From Acanthaster planci (taxonomy: Eukaryota): a DNA stretch of 64,000 bases. The stretch covers positions 4,054,228 to 4,118,227 of the forward strand of contig NW_019091357.1 of the NCBI RefSeq assembly GCF_001949145.1, in the 5' to 3' direction. A program made the translations under genes and the position numbers. The notes beneath the pieces were generated by a model. The model was not told the DNA's origin, ran no database searches, and saw only the letters and a program-made list of their open reading frames with translations. Positions 63,276 to 64,000 of the stretch are shown piece after piece (position 1 is the stretch's first letter; each line of letters begins with the position of its first letter).

Positions 63276-63519
63276 ATTAGGACCATGAATTTTAAGTGTG
63301 GAATAATAAAAGCAAAACACACTGTAGGCCTACTTACTCCGTGTCAGGGAGGTGTGCCAGTGATACGTGTTGTCTGCCTCCTACAAAGTCGCGAAAATAA
63401 ACGGATTAAAGCGACCGCCATGTGCTCACGGACAGCAAAACAAGAAAAGCCAAAGGGCGCCCTCTCGCGTTTTCAGAGAGTAATGCTTTTTAGCGTTCAC
63501 GCGACAAAAGAATCAAAAG

Positions 63520-64000
63520 TGCTCAAAATGGTGATTTCCAAGATTTTCTGCAAAAATCATATCTGCAAGGGTTAGCCTTGCCATTTCAATTCAAATCACT
63601 CAAAGTGATGATTTCAAAGATTTTCTTCCAATTTAACATTAGCAAGGAATTAGCCTTGCCATTTTAATTAAAAGCAATCGAAATTATGATTTCCAAGATT
63701 TTCTTCAAAAGTAATATTTGCAAGGGGTTAGCTTGGCCATTTCAATTCAAATCACTCAAAGTGATGATTTCAAAGATTTTCTTCCAATTTGATATTTTTG
63801 AGGAATTAGCCTTGCCATTTAAATTGAAAGCAATTGAAATAATGATTTCCAAATTTTTCTTCAAAAGTAATATTTGAAAGGGGTTAGCATTGTCATTTCA
63901 ATAAAAATCACTCAAAATGAAAATTTCTGAGATTTTCTACAAAAACAATATTGGAAAGGGGTTAGCCTTGCCGTTTAATTTAAACTAAGCAAAATTACTC
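63520..64000 (+). repeat. 78-bp tandem satellite running off the window end
   Basis: (G/A)TTAGC... motif recurs at 63571, 63649, 63727, 63805, 63883 and 63961, an exact 78-bp period. Confidence 0.95.

Noticed and set aside
63338..63421. In-frame TGA in MAVALIRLFSRLCRRQTTRITGTPP*HG as possible selenocysteine
   Set aside because: No redox motif, no continuing ORF in downstream candidate exons and no SECIS seen. A uORF or CGA>TGA decay is simpler.

Overview
Eukaryotic, intron-rich invertebrate DNA from a draft scaffold with three N-gaps and three single-N joins. The repeat families suggest a marine deuterostome such as an echinoderm, but that is inference. Two intact + strand genes can be rebuilt with GT-AG splice sites and consistent phases: a TRPA1 ankyrin-repeat channel (26 coding exons, 3784-21004, ~1169 aa) and TMEM65 (7 exons, 23923-29809, 263 aa). 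The distal half (~33.5-64 kb) has no recognisable intact gene. It contains an internally deleted Ty3/Gypsy LTR element on the - strand (~51.9-58.0 kb), tRNA-derived SINE-like elements, several MITEs (two with perfect TSDs), a 78-bp satellite at both ends, and two near-tandem duplications that start at single Ns. A ~0.65-kb inverted repeat pair brackets ~26 kb that holds two convergent chains of decayed exon-like segments. No clearly novel biological system is demonstrable. The best leads are the inverted-repeat-bounded block, the altered electrophile-sensor residues and tandem in-frame donors of TRPA1, and the deletion pattern of the Gypsy element.
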